53,699 bases of DNA from Bacteroidales bacterium (GCA_036752345.1 DAIOSV010000004.1:1-53699); one strand, 5' to 3'. Positions 19,401 through 27,844 are shown, counted from the stretch's first letter. Numbers and translations: made by a program. Notes: a model not told the origin generated them from the letters alone.

Positions 19401-20172
19401 AGGACTTTCAGCCGTAGGCCCACGTATTATCAACTTTGCCGATATTTTGAAGTATGATTACACACCGTTGGCTGAGGTGCTTTCTCTTATGCTAAGAACC
19501 GTGGAAGAAGCAATGGGTACTCCTGTGGAAATAGAGTTTGCCGTTGATTTGAACGAAAATAAAGATGGTGTTCCTTCATTCTATTTGCTTCAAATAAAAC
19601 CACTTACCGGAAGTTTGCTTACCGAGAATTCGTTACCGCAAGAATTTGTAAATGCATCTAAATTGCTGAACACAACATCGTGTATGGGTAATGGATTTAT
19701 AGAAAATATAAGTGATGTCGTGTTTGTAGACCTTGAGAAATTTGACAAACTACGCACGCTCGAAATGGTTGCGGAGATTGAAAAAATCAACAAAACGATG
19801 GTAGAGCAAGGTAAGAAATATATACTGATAGGGCCCGGACGATGGGGAACAAGCGATAGATTCCTAGGCATTCCTGTGCTTTGGTCGCAAATTTCCAATG
19901 CCAAAGTGATAGTTGAAATTAGTCTTTCGAATTTCCCACTCGATGCTTCGTTGGGATCGCACTTTTTCCATAACGTCTCAACTATGAATATTGGCTATTT
20001 TGCAATAGAAAATACCAATGAAGATAATTATATCAATTGGGATATTCTAAAACAACAAACTGTGGTAGAGACAACAGACTATTTTGTTCATGTGCGTTTT
20101 GATAAAAATCTTTTCGTGCATATGCAAGGTAAAGAGCGCACAGCATCAATTTATGTACAAGAAACTGAATAA
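16408..20172 (+). CDS. multidomain signalling protein: sensor-like N-terminus, two receiver-like modules, PPDK_N-type (PEP/pyruvate-binding, ATP-grasp) domain, uncharacterised C-terminal domain
   Basis: 1254 aa. The PPDK_N signatures are GGKGRGLAF, VRSSSIFEDS, AGVFSTY, MAIVIQEVV and VEIEFAV. A receiver-like module carries LLIEDS / CVISDMEF / LMQSSD / FINKKS, and an earlier degenerate receiver-like module contains FDLIVLMVGAD. I could not find a PEP-utilising TIM-barrel domain. Confidence 0.75.
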   Translation: MYAILQKVIEIGQSGKSIHIMLPEICNSISNFPDVLGVLISYKDVNYYSSRFSISGRVQNKELKIGNQNIGGLSIYYKEQSEFKMISDDDLFYTATVISGFISENKLVDITSEYEQRKRELDAIKEVKSIINTGLPLDELLQHLCDTLPKYWQYADIACCRIIFDDLTYTSHGFKESQWVMKDSFVTFDNTTGTIEIFYTQDISSENMSVFTKGERDTANTVGILISRYINDVKGRLLSNNPILNANPTSKEGIPRESLINSDQPLQKLLNEQTLDKYIYLDMMKHKVSQILFVATMYDAFNLEKDDSFFEKFMGPIYQYSIFTLPRIIGVSSPEQAIELLKTTHFDLIVLMVGADVQKPLKFSAEIKKFTNEVPVYLLLNQQSNIAYFQDLVVKTTLFNKIFMWNGDSQIFFAMVKSLEDLANVENDTKIGLVRTMLLIEDSVQYYSKYLPVIFSVLFNQVGEQIADFELNELEKLSKIRSRPKLLWARNYEEAAFLFNKYKDFMTCVISDMEFERNGKLDKEAGLLFLDHVREYNKNLPVLMQSSDLNYSMSARKFNATFINKKSDNLLEKIKKFVMHNFGYGDFVFRNGKGETIAKARNLREFETLLRIIPDDSLKYHADQNQFSVWLMGRGEIELARKLNPIKLSDLGNDVSELRRMNNVILDEYRQTKKRGKILTFEETAVLDEKNVVTLAPGSLGGKGRGLAFVNTLINNINLNPYADRIAIRTPKTAIIGTNEFEVFIKQNFAKKNLFAKDLSDDRIKEMFIAARLSEDLRKKLATLLEQVSKPLAVRSSSIFEDSVTQPLAGVFSTYIIPNNDTDLGKRLSDLEVAIKLIYASVYGEQVKEFYKSTNHKLEEEKMAIVIQEVVGDYYDNYYYPHISGVAQSYNYYPIAHMKPEEGFSVCAVGLGFYIVDGGRAYRFSPHYPKVDILSTKDQINSSQTDYYAVDFTKKDINYKRDGERAALSLLPISEAEKHKTLAHCASVYNIQNDRIEPGLSAVGPRIINFADILKYDYTPLAEVLSLMLRTVEEAMGTPVEIEFAVDLNENKDGVPSFYLLQIKPLTGSLLTENSLPQEFVNASKLLNTTSCMGNGFIENISDVVFVDLEKFDKLRTLEMVAEIEKINKTMVEQGKKYILIGPGRWGTSDRFLGIPVLWSQISNAKVIVEISLSNFPLDASLGSHFFHNVSTMNIGYFAIENTNEDNYINWDILKQQTVVETTDYFVHVRFDKNLFVHMQGKERTASIYVQETE

Positions 20173-20175
20173 GCT

Positions 20176-20829
20176 ATGATAAATGTAATTGTAATCGGAA
20201 TCCACCACCTTCATGCAGAGAGTATGGCTATGTTGATTGAATCAAATAGCGAATTTAAAGTACTTGATGTTCTTTCTCACGCCTCTGACTTGCTGCGCAA
20301 GACGTATGATGAGCCGGTGCATGTAATTGTGAAAAATATTCCCAAAATTACGACAGACGATATTGCCGATGTGCAGGATATTCAACGCATATACACCAAA
20401 GCAAAGGTTTTGATTATTTCGTATTCAGAAAACGAAGACACTATTTTTAATATCATAAAAGTAGGAGCTAAAGGATTCCTTTCGCACGATGCCACGCGTC
20501 AAGATTTGTTTGAGGCAATTTATTCGCTGCGCAATGGATATGATTATTTCAGTAAATGTATCACCAACATTTTGCTTAATCGGTACGTGTCGTCGATTCA
20601 AAATCATGAAAAACCCGAAAATGATCAAGTAGAGGAATTGAGTTCTCGTGAAATTGAAATTCTTTCGTTGTGGGGAAAAAGTCTGACTAATTCTGAAATT
20701 GCCGACACCCTGCACATAAGCATTCGTACCGTAGAAACGCATAAAACACATATTATGCAAAAACTCAATCTCAAGACGCAAGTTGATTTGATAAAATATG
20801 CCATACGCAACAATATAATTGATTTGTAA
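20176..20829 (+). CDS. LuxR/NarL-family transcription regulator with a degenerate (pseudo-)receiver domain
   Basis: 217 aa. The C-terminal LuxR HTH is LSSREIEILSLWGKSLTNSEIADTLHISIRTVETHKTHIMQKL. The N-terminal receiver fold is present, but the acidic pocket, phospho-Asp and Lys positions are substituted. It starts 3 nt after the upstream stop codon. Confidence 0.85.
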   Translation: MINVIVIGIHHLHAESMAMLIESNSEFKVLDVLSHASDLLRKTYDEPVHVIVKNIPKITTDDIADVQDIQRIYTKAKVLIISYSENEDTIFNIIKVGAKGFLSHDATRQDLFEAIYSLRNGYDYFSKCITNILLNRYVSSIQNHEKPENDQVEELSSREIEILSLWGKSLTNSEIADTLHISIRTVETHKTHIMQKLNLKTQVDLIKYAIRNNIIDL

Positions 20830-20852
20830 CACAGTTGATTCCGTAACATCTT

Positions 20853-22346
20853 ATGAAATACGACATAGCTATAGTAGGTAGTGGATTGGGTGGGCTCGTT
20901 TGTGGCTATGTGCTTGCCAAAAACGGGTTTAAAGTCGTTATACTAGAGAAAAATTCACAAATAGGAGGGTGCTTACAAACGTTTAAGCGCAACGGTGTGA
21001 AATTTGACACGGGCATGCACTATATAGGAAGCATGGAAGAAGGGCAGATACTACACAGGTTTTGGAAGTATCTTGGCTTGCTCAACAATGTGCCCTTGCA
21101 ACGCCTAAACCTTGATGCCTTTGATGTTGTTGACCTTAATGGTACCAAGTATAAATTTGCTTCAGGATTTGAAAATTTTCAAGAAACGCTTTCGCAACAA
21201 TTCCCACAAAATCATCGTGATATAGAGGAGTATGTACGTCGTGTGCGTGAAATTGCATCATCATCGCCATTGTATAATTTACGAAAAATTAACCTCAATG
21301 TTTTTATTGAGCCAGACTACATTAAAACGAGCATAAATGATTTTATAGCTTCAATTACAGCAAATCCTACATTACAAAATGTGTTGGCAGGAAACCTTCC
21401 TCTCTATGCAGGAGTGAAAAATGTTACTCCAACCTATATCCATGCGCTCATTACCAATTTCTACATACAAAGTGCATATAGAATAGTAGGAGGCAGTGAC
21501 CAGATAGCAAAATCGTTAGCTAGTTCAATCAAACAATTTGGAGGAGATATCTTTACCAATGCTGAGGTTGACAAGTTTCTTTGCAACGATACGTGTATGA
21601 CGGCTGTTCAACTAACTAATGGTGAGGTCATTGAAGCAAAGAATTTTGTATCGAACATTCATCCGCAAGTTGCTGTTTCAAAAATTGATTCCTCTCTTTT
21701 ACGTCGTGCGTATCGTGAGAGAATTGGAAATTTGCAAAATACTATATCGAATTTTACGGTCTATATTAAGTTCAAAGAAAATACTACACCGTATCTCAAC
21801 TATAATTATTTCTATTACAAGAATGCCGATGTGTGGGCCGGTAACGATTACAATGAAAACACTTGGCCTGAGCAGTATTTATACATGCATCAATGCCACG
21901 CGCCAAATTCTACATATGCACAAAGTGCCGAACTTATAGGGTATATGCGTTACGATGAGGTTGCACGCTGGGCAGGAACAACTGTTGGACACCGCGGTTC
22001 CGAATACGAACAATTCAAAGAAGAAAAAGCACAACGAATGTTACAAGCGTTGGAACATCAGTTTCCCGGCATAAATCGTTGTATAGAGGCCTATAGTACC
22101 TCAAGTCCGCTTACATATCAAGACTATACTGCAACATTTCAGGGTTCAATGTATGGCATAGTGCGCGACAAAAATTTCCCGACTCAAACGCTTATATCTC
22201 AACGAACTAAAATATCTAATTTCTTTATGACCGGTCAAAATATCAATTCGCATGGCATTTTGGGCGTGACAATAGGGGCAATTCTCACATGTGCCGAATT
22301 TTTAGGACTGAATACCGTTATTGATAAATTTGCAGAAGAAGAATAA
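20853..22346 (+). CDS. FAD-dependent oxidoreductase of the phytoene desaturase (CrtI-like) family
   Basis: 497 aa. The N-terminal dinucleotide-binding motif is DIAIVGSGLGGLVCGYVLAKNGFKVVILEKNSQIGG. Length and C-terminal pattern are typical of CrtI-like amine-oxidase-fold enzymes. Confidence 0.75.
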   Translation: MKYDIAIVGSGLGGLVCGYVLAKNGFKVVILEKNSQIGGCLQTFKRNGVKFDTGMHYIGSMEEGQILHRFWKYLGLLNNVPLQRLNLDAFDVVDLNGTKYKFASGFENFQETLSQQFPQNHRDIEEYVRRVREIASSSPLYNLRKINLNVFIEPDYIKTSINDFIASITANPTLQNVLAGNLPLYAGVKNVTPTYIHALITNFYIQSAYRIVGGSDQIAKSLASSIKQFGGDIFTNAEVDKFLCNDTCMTAVQLTNGEVIEAKNFVSNIHPQVAVSKIDSSLLRRAYRERIGNLQNTISNFTVYIKFKENTTPYLNYNYFYYKNADVWAGNDYNENTWPEQYLYMHQCHAPNSTYAQSAELIGYMRYDEVARWAGTTVGHRGSEYEQFKEEKAQRMLQALEHQFPGINRCIEAYSTSSPLTYQDYTATFQGSMYGIVRDKNFPTQTLISQRTKISNFFMTGQNINSHGILGVTIGAILTCAEFLGLNTVIDKFAEEE

Positions 22347-22368
22347 TGGGCGAAAAGTTGTTCTTTAA

Positions 22369-23826
22369 TTATTTCTTCCAGAAGTCTGGTAAAAATAAGA
22401 TTAAGACGGTGAATATTTCCAAACGGCCAATATACATTGATAATGCCATTACGTATTTGGAAACATCTGGAAATGATGCAAAGCAAGATATCATGCCTTC
22501 GGGTGTGAATCCCATTCCTCCGTTACCTATAGAGAGAGCAACAGCTGAACATGATGTGTAGAAGTCATGTCCCATAATCGAGAGTAGGAAAGATCCAAGC
22601 AAAAAAATGGCAATGTACATTACAACGAATGCATATACGTTTGAAATTACTTTAGTGCCAAGAGGCTTTTTACTTAAACGGAGAGTAAGTACACCATTGG
22701 GGTGAAGAATTTGTTTGAGTGCCAAATAACTATTTTTTATCAAAATATTTATTCGCACCACCTTAATAGCACCACTTGTAGAACCAGCACATGCTCCAAT
22801 AAATGTAAGAATGAAAAATAACATTTTTGTCGCAAATGGCATGATACCATAGTCACATGACGAAAACCCAGTTGTCGTTATGAAAGACACAACAAGGAAC
22901 AATATATTTCGAAGTTGTTGTTCTGCATCAGCAAACGATTGGCATGTAGAAAAGTGTTCCCAAATATTTATTCCGAAAATACTCAAAGTAAAAATAACGA
23001 TTAGTAAAATGTATGTTTTCAATTCTTCATCTTGTGTAAGATATCGAAACTTGCCACGTGCTCCCATATATAGTAACACGAAGTTTACACCCGAAATGAA
23101 CATAAAAAAGATCACCACGTATTGTGCGTATGGCGATGCACTTGCCAAACCATCGTTGTAGTTCCAAAACCCGCCGGAAGAAATAGTACATTGTGCAAGA
23201 ACCAACGCATCCAAGAAATTCATACCGCCAATCTTGAGTAGAGCAACTTCGAGCGCAGTGCACGCTATGTAAGTTAAGTATAGTCGGCTGGCTGTATCTT
23301 TTATGCGTGGGTGAATTTTATCTTTGGTAGGTCCCGTTACTTCTGCATTGTAGAGTTGGGTCCCTCCAATGCCCATCATAGGAATAATGGCAACGGTGAG
23401 AACTATGATACCCATACCACCAACCCATTGCATTTGGCCGCGCCAAAGTAAAATGTGTTTTGGTAATATTTCAACATTAGGAATAATTGTAGCTCCGGTA
23501 GTTGTATATCCTGACATTGCCTCAAAAAAACCATCGGCGAATGAAGAAAGACTATGAGAGAAGAGGAATGGCAGAGCTCCTATTATTGAGAAGATGAGCC
23601 AAACGGTTCCAACTATAAAATATCCTTCGCGGCGTCCTATGTTTTTTGATGCTTTGCGAAACGAAAAAGCCATAGCAAGACCAATTGCAGTGGTAATTCC
23701 TATCGCCAATAGTAGGCCGTCCATGTTTTCTGAATAGACCACGGCAGGAATGATACAACAAGCCATAAGTATGGCTTCTAGTAGTATTAAGATCCCAATG
23801 GTTCGTATGACAATTTTCCAATTCAT
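22369..23826 (-). CDS. trkH: TrkH family potassium uptake protein
   Basis: 485 aa polytopic membrane protein with repeated MPM-type segments (GYTTTGAT, SSGGF, TTTGFSS, NGGMGF selectivity-filter-like glycines). Confidence 0.9.
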   Translation of the reverse strand: MNWKIVIRTIGILILLEAILMACCIIPAVVYSENMDGLLLAIGITTAIGLAMAFSFRKASKNIGRREGYFIVGTVWLIFSIIGALPFLFSHSLSSFADGFFEAMSGYTTTGATIIPNVEILPKHILLWRGQMQWVGGMGIIVLTVAIIPMMGIGGTQLYNAEVTGPTKDKIHPRIKDTASRLYLTYIACTALEVALLKIGGMNFLDALVLAQCTISSGGFWNYNDGLASASPYAQYVVIFFMFISGVNFVLLYMGARGKFRYLTQDEELKTYILLIVIFTLSIFGINIWEHFSTCQSFADAEQQLRNILFLVVSFITTTGFSSCDYGIMPFATKMLFFILTFIGACAGSTSGAIKVVRINILIKNSYLALKQILHPNGVLTLRLSKKPLGTKVISNVYAFVVMYIAIFLLGSFLLSIMGHDFYTSCSAVALSIGNGGMGFTPEGMISCFASFPDVSKYVMALSMYIGRLEIFTVLILFLPDFWKK

Positions 23827-24005
23827 TATGCTTCGGAATCTTCGTTTTTGCTTTTACGGCTTGCAATAAATTCAATAGTTACACAGACAAAGCCAATACC
23901 AAGTAGTGCTGTAATTGTATTTTTGTCGGCGGCATCTAAAAACATTAGTACCATTGATGCTATACCCAAAGCAAACGCTACCGCAAGCAGAATTTTAGTT
24001 CTCAT
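23826..24005 (-). CDS. small two-TM membrane protein between trkA and trkH (absent from the ORF track)
   Basis: My manual translation of the minus strand gives MRTKILLAVAFALGIASMVLMFLDAADKNTITALLGIGFVCVTIEFIASRKSKNEDSEA* (59 aa). It has an ATG start 5 nt after the trkA stop, and its TAA overlaps the trkH ATG by 1 nt. It has two hydrophobic helices. Confidence 0.5.
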   Translation of the reverse strand: MRTKILLAVAFALGIASMVLMFLDAADKNTITALLGIGFVCVTIEFIASRKSKNEDSEA

Positions 24006-24010
24006 AAATA

Positions 24011-25363
24011 TTATTCAAAAAATTTTTTAATCTCATTAACTGCTGAAGGCAGTGCAAATATTAATACTTTGTCTCCATCGCAAATTTGCGTGCGACCTGA
24101 AGGAATAAAGGCATTTTTCCCGCGAACTACACCACCAATTACCGCATCTTTCGGTAAATTTTTCATTTCTATTAATGTTGATTTGGTGATTTTCATGTTT
24201 TCGTTGGCAATGATTTCCAATATTTGTGCATCACATTGTGTCAAGTGCCGTGTAGACGATATACTTGCAGAATTACTCAATGTATATTTGTGAATACTGT
24301 TCGCAGCAATTGTTTTTTTGTTAATCAAAGTGTCAATACCCATGTCAAGAGCAAGCCCAATGTAGTCAACGTTTTCAACTTCTGCTATGGTGCGTTTTAC
24401 GCCAATACGTTTAGCCAAATAGCAAGAAAGAATATTTGTCTCGGCATTGCTTGTGGTGGCAATAAACACATCGGTATTGCGGATGCCTTCTTCAACGAGC
24501 AAATCCATACTACGTCCGTCGCCATTGATTATGAGCGTGTTCTCCAATTGTTGAGAAAGTTTACGAGCTTTTTCCGGATTAATTTCAATCAACTTTACAT
24601 CGAATTGCTTCTGCAAAATCTTAGCAGTGGCACGACCAGTGCGACTGCCACCTAAAATCATAACTTGTGAAACGGCCGCATCCTTTTTCTCGAATGTTTC
24701 AAGCATTTTATTCACGCCTTGGCGGTTGCTCACAATATAGAGTATATCATCCGGTTGGCAAATATCATCACCCTTAGGAATTATAGTTGAAAAGCCTCGT
24801 TTGATTGCAATAACACGATATTTTTGTAGTTCGTCTTGCGTTGGAATAATTTCTTGCATGTATTTTCCAACAACGGCAGCTGTTTCTTCTACTTTGAGTA
24901 CGAAGAGAGAGAGTAGCCCATCAGCAAAATCAAATGATTCGCGGGTGGCTGCTCGTTCTACGAATGTTGCAATTTCTTGTGCAGCAAGTGCTTGTGGATA
25001 TATAATAGAATCTATTCCTATTTCGCGAAATAGTTTTTTGTTCTTTTCAAGCAAAAGTTCCGGGTCTCGTACACGAGCAATAGTATGTGGAGCACCTAAC
25101 TTCTTCGCAATAACGGCTGAAGCTATGTTCATTTCAGGGAAATGCGTTACGGCAATATACAAGTCGCACGCTGCAACTCCTGCTTCATTGAGGACAGAAA
25201 TGGTAAGTGCAGAGCCTTCAATTGTCAATATGTCCAAATGCAAGGCAAGTTGGTTGAGATTTTCGGTATCAACATCAATGACAGTTACTTCGTGTCTGTC
25301 GTCTGCCAAGATTCTTGCTAAGTGTTGTCCAACTTCGCCGGCACCAGCTATAATTATCTTCAT
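24011..25363 (-). CDS. trkA: Trk system potassium uptake protein TrkA
   Basis: 450 aa with two tandem RCK/TrkA-N Rossmann units (KIIIAGAGEVGQHLA and VMILGGSRTGRATA). Confidence 0.92.
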   Translation of the reverse strand: MKIIIAGAGEVGQHLARILADDRHEVTVIDVDTENLNQLALHLDILTIEGSALTISVLNEAGVAACDLYIAVTHFPEMNIASAVIAKKLGAPHTIARVRDPELLLEKNKKLFREIGIDSIIYPQALAAQEIATFVERAATRESFDFADGLLSLFVLKVEETAAVVGKYMQEIIPTQDELQKYRVIAIKRGFSTIIPKGDDICQPDDILYIVSNRQGVNKMLETFEKKDAAVSQVMILGGSRTGRATAKILQKQFDVKLIEINPEKARKLSQQLENTLIINGDGRSMDLLVEEGIRNTDVFIATTSNAETNILSCYLAKRIGVKRTIAEVENVDYIGLALDMGIDTLINKKTIAANSIHKYTLSNSASISSTRHLTQCDAQILEIIANENMKITKSTLIEMKNLPKDAVIGGVVRGKNAFIPSGRTQICDGDKVLIFALPSAVNEIKKFFE

Positions 25364-25507
25364 CGTATTTTAAAAAAGCGGACTAAGATAGTGTATTTTA
25401 TGAGAAAAAAATAAAACAATTAACGACCTTTTTGTAAAATCAATTTTTTCGTTGAAGAAACTTATATGTTGTGGCTTATAGTATAACATGCTATAAGTCT
25501 TTTTTAG

Positions 25508-26554
25508 TTATTGTTCCTTTGTATAAATCGTTTGTGTTGGGAAGGCAAATTCGAGTCCGTTAGCATTGAATTCTCGGAGAATTTCCATATTAACTTCTGT
25601 TTGCGTTTCGTAATAATCACCAGACTTTTTTATGTAATAAATAAAAAGAATTTGCATTGAAAAATCGCCATAGGTAAGAAAACTCACAATAACATCATTT
25701 TTAATCGTGTGAATTTTTTGAGGCAAGTCGCGGAGTATCTTCATGGCCAAATCCATTTTTTCCGGAGTTGTGTCATACGTCAATCCAAGGGTGACTTTAA
25801 TTCGCGTTGAAGGTTCGGAATTAACATTTTCTATGGGATTGTCAATCACTTGTGAGTTAGGAATTGTAACTACGCGATTGTCCAATGTGCGAATTCGAAG
25901 GCTGCGCAATCCAATGGTTATGACATTGCCGTCGATAGTGCCAAAACGGACTCTGTCGCCAATATTGAACGGACGGTCAAAAAACAACATGAATCCGCTT
26001 AAAAGGTTTTTTACCGTATCTTGGGCAGCCAAGGCTATCGCAACACCTCCAATACCAAGACCTGCTATCAATGTGCCGATTTGAATGCCGATATTGTGCA
26101 TCGCAACCAGAATACCAAGAATCCAAATGGTGTAGGTAGTGGTCCGATAGAGAATTTCAGTCATGCTGTGGTTGATTTTTGAATCTCCTTTATCAGCATA
26201 TTTTGCTAGTATGTTTTGTATAATTCCACCAGCTAGGCGAGAGAATGCCCATGTGAAATTGATGACAATCAAAACGGTGTATATCTTCCACATTGACGTT
26301 TCAAGGGCATCAGATGTGTCAAGCCGTTTGATAGCATACCAAATGAGTGCAATAATGGCCGCAAACATAAATGGAGCTCGAAATTTCTCTATCAGTAAGT
26401 CGTCAAGAGTTGATTCTGTTTTTGCTGCAAGTCTGCTAAAGATTTTTGTAAAAATCAGATAAATAAGTTTGGCTATGAAAAAACCTCCAATCGCTATGGC
26501 TAGTGAAATAAGTATATCCAAAAGACTGTTGCCCCAAATTGTGTATGTCAACAT
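25508..26554 (-). CDS. mechanosensitive ion channel (MscS family)
   Basis: 348 aa with N-terminal TM helices followed by the MscS beta-domain pattern PFNIGDRVRFGTIDGNVITIGLRSLRIRTLDNRVVTIPNSQV. Confidence 0.88.
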   Translation of the reverse strand: MLTYTIWGNSLLDILISLAIAIGGFFIAKLIYLIFTKIFSRLAAKTESTLDDLLIEKFRAPFMFAAIIALIWYAIKRLDTSDALETSMWKIYTVLIVINFTWAFSRLAGGIIQNILAKYADKGDSKINHSMTEILYRTTTYTIWILGILVAMHNIGIQIGTLIAGLGIGGVAIALAAQDTVKNLLSGFMLFFDRPFNIGDRVRFGTIDGNVITIGLRSLRIRTLDNRVVTIPNSQVIDNPIENVNSEPSTRIKVTLGLTYDTTPEKMDLAMKILRDLPQKIHTIKNDVIVSFLTYGDFSMQILFIYYIKKSGDYYETQTEVNMEILREFNANGLEFAFPTQTIYTKEQ

Positions 26555-26646
26555 AAGCTCTATTTTTTTACAAATGTAACAAAAACATTGTAGTAGTAAA
26601 AAAGTTGCGTTTTGGAATAGCTATTTTTATCATTCAATTGTCTAAA

Positions 26647-26685
26647 CCAAAAAATAAAAAAAGCAGAAGCTTTGCAACTTCTGCT
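26647..26685 (-). terminator. rho-independent terminator of the oxidative-stress operon
   Basis: The minus strand reads AGCAGAAG-TTGCAAAG-CTTCTGCT followed by a long T-run, 25 nt after the reverse-rubrerythrin stop. Confidence 0.7.
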
Positions 26686-26709
26686 TTGTACGAGAGATTA
26701 TCGTAGACT

Positions 26710-27261
26710 TTATTTAAAATATCTATTGAATAATCCTTGAAAACCTTGTCCGTGACGAGCTTCGTCTTTTGCCATTTCGTGAACAGTGTCATGAATAGCA
26801 TCAAGATTTTGTGCTTTTGCATTTTTGGCAATTCTCATTTTGTCGGCGCAAGCACCTGACTCTGCCATCATGCGTTTTTCAAGATTCGTTTTGGTATCCC
26901 AAACCACATCTCCTAACAATTCGGCAAATTTAGCTGCATGTTCGGCTTCCTCGAACGCATATCGTTTGAAAGCTTCTGCAATTTCAGGATAGCCTTCGCG
27001 GTCAGCTTGGCGGCTCATTGCTAAGTACATGCCAATTTCTGAGCATTCGCCATTGAAATGAGCAGACAAATCTTTTTTCATTTCGGCATCGCAGTCTTTT
27101 GCTATTCCTATAACGTGTTCTGTAGCAAATGACAAACCAGCTGATTCGTCAACAGGTTTCCATGTCACTTTTTGTTTACATTGAGGACAGTGTTCAGGAA
27201 GGTTGTTCTCGTCGCCTTCATATACGAACCCACAAACGGGGCATACAAATTTTTTCTTCAT
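26710..27261 (-). CDS. reverse rubrerythrin (N-terminal rubredoxin-like CxxC pairs plus ferritin-like di-iron domain)
   Basis: 183 aa. CPVCGFVY...CPQCKQ lies at the N-terminus, followed by ExxH di-iron motifs ([18 protein letters not shown]). Confidence 0.85.
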   Translation of the reverse strand: MKKKFVCPVCGFVYEGDENNLPEHCPQCKQKVTWKPVDESAGLSFATEHVIGIAKDCDAEMKKDLSAHFNGECSEIGMYLAMSRQADREGYPEIAEAFKRYAFEEAEHAAKFAELLGDVVWDTKTNLEKRMMAESGACADKMRIAKNAKAQNLDAIHDTVHEMAKDEARHGQGFQGLFNRYFK

Positions 27262-27280
27262 ATCGTGGTTGTTCTTAATG

Positions 27281-27820
27281 TTAATAATTATCTGGTCTTA
27301 CTTGGAAATATGCTTGTGGGTGTTCGCACACGGGACAAATATCAGGAGCGTTTTTGCCAATTACAAGGTGGCCGCAATTTGAACATTGCCAAATCATATC
27401 TTTGTCTTTACTGAAAACGAGTCCGCCTTCTATATTTGACAATAGTTTAAGAAAACGTTCTTCATGTTCTTTTTCAATTTTAGCTACGCCTTCGAATAAT
27501 GTGGCAATATCTTTGAACCCTTCTTCGTGAGCTTCTTCTGCGAAGTTTGCGTACATATCTGTCCATTCATAGTTTTCACCAGCGGCAGCATCTTTTAAAT
27601 TCGTAATAGTATCAGCTACTTTTCCACCGTGAAGCAATTTGAACCATATTTTTGCGTGTTCTTTTTCGTTGTTAGCTGTTTCTTCAAATAGATTTCCTAT
27701 TTGTACAAAACCATCTTTTTTTGCTTTTGAGGCGTAGTATGAGTATTTATTACGTGCTTGTGATTCACCTGCAAATGCTGCTTGCAAGTTTTTTTCTGTT
27801 TTTGAGCCTTTTAATTCCAT
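27281..27820 (-). CDS. rbr: rubrerythrin (classical order: di-iron domain then C-terminal rubredoxin-like domain)
   Basis: 179 aa. It has NEKEHAKIW and IEKEHEERF ExxH motifs and a C-terminal CSNCG...CPVCEHP. Confidence 0.92.
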   Translation of the reverse strand: MELKGSKTEKNLQAAFAGESQARNKYSYYASKAKKDGFVQIGNLFEETANNEKEHAKIWFKLLHGGKVADTITNLKDAAAGENYEWTDMYANFAEEAHEEGFKDIATLFEGVAKIEKEHEERFLKLLSNIEGGLVFSKDKDMIWQCSNCGHLVIGKNAPDICPVCEHPQAYFQVRPDNY

Positions 27821-27844
27821 ATGCTGTATATTTTTACATTTTTA

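Noticed and set aside
23848-24030. 60-aa plus-strand ORF between trkH and trkA
   Set aside because: It lies on the opposite strand to the operon. The same DNA on the minus strand gives a tightly coupled 59-aa two-helix peptide, which I consider the more plausible reading.
24801-25373. 190-aa plus-strand ORF inside trkA (and 24224-24655 likewise)
   Set aside because: It is antisense to trkA, whose two RCK units are unambiguous. It has no motifs.
25473-25505. Hairpin GGCTTATAG-(9 nt)-CTATAAGTC plus T-run just downstream of mscS
   Set aside because: The T-run is on the plus strand while both flanking genes are on the minus strand. It may still pause or terminate mscS transcripts, but it does not fit a canonical intrinsic terminator for them.
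26634-26831. 65-aa minus-strand ORF overlapping the 3' end of the reverse rubrerythrin gene
   Set aside because: It is out of frame with, and mostly inside, a well-supported gene, and it runs through the operon terminator.
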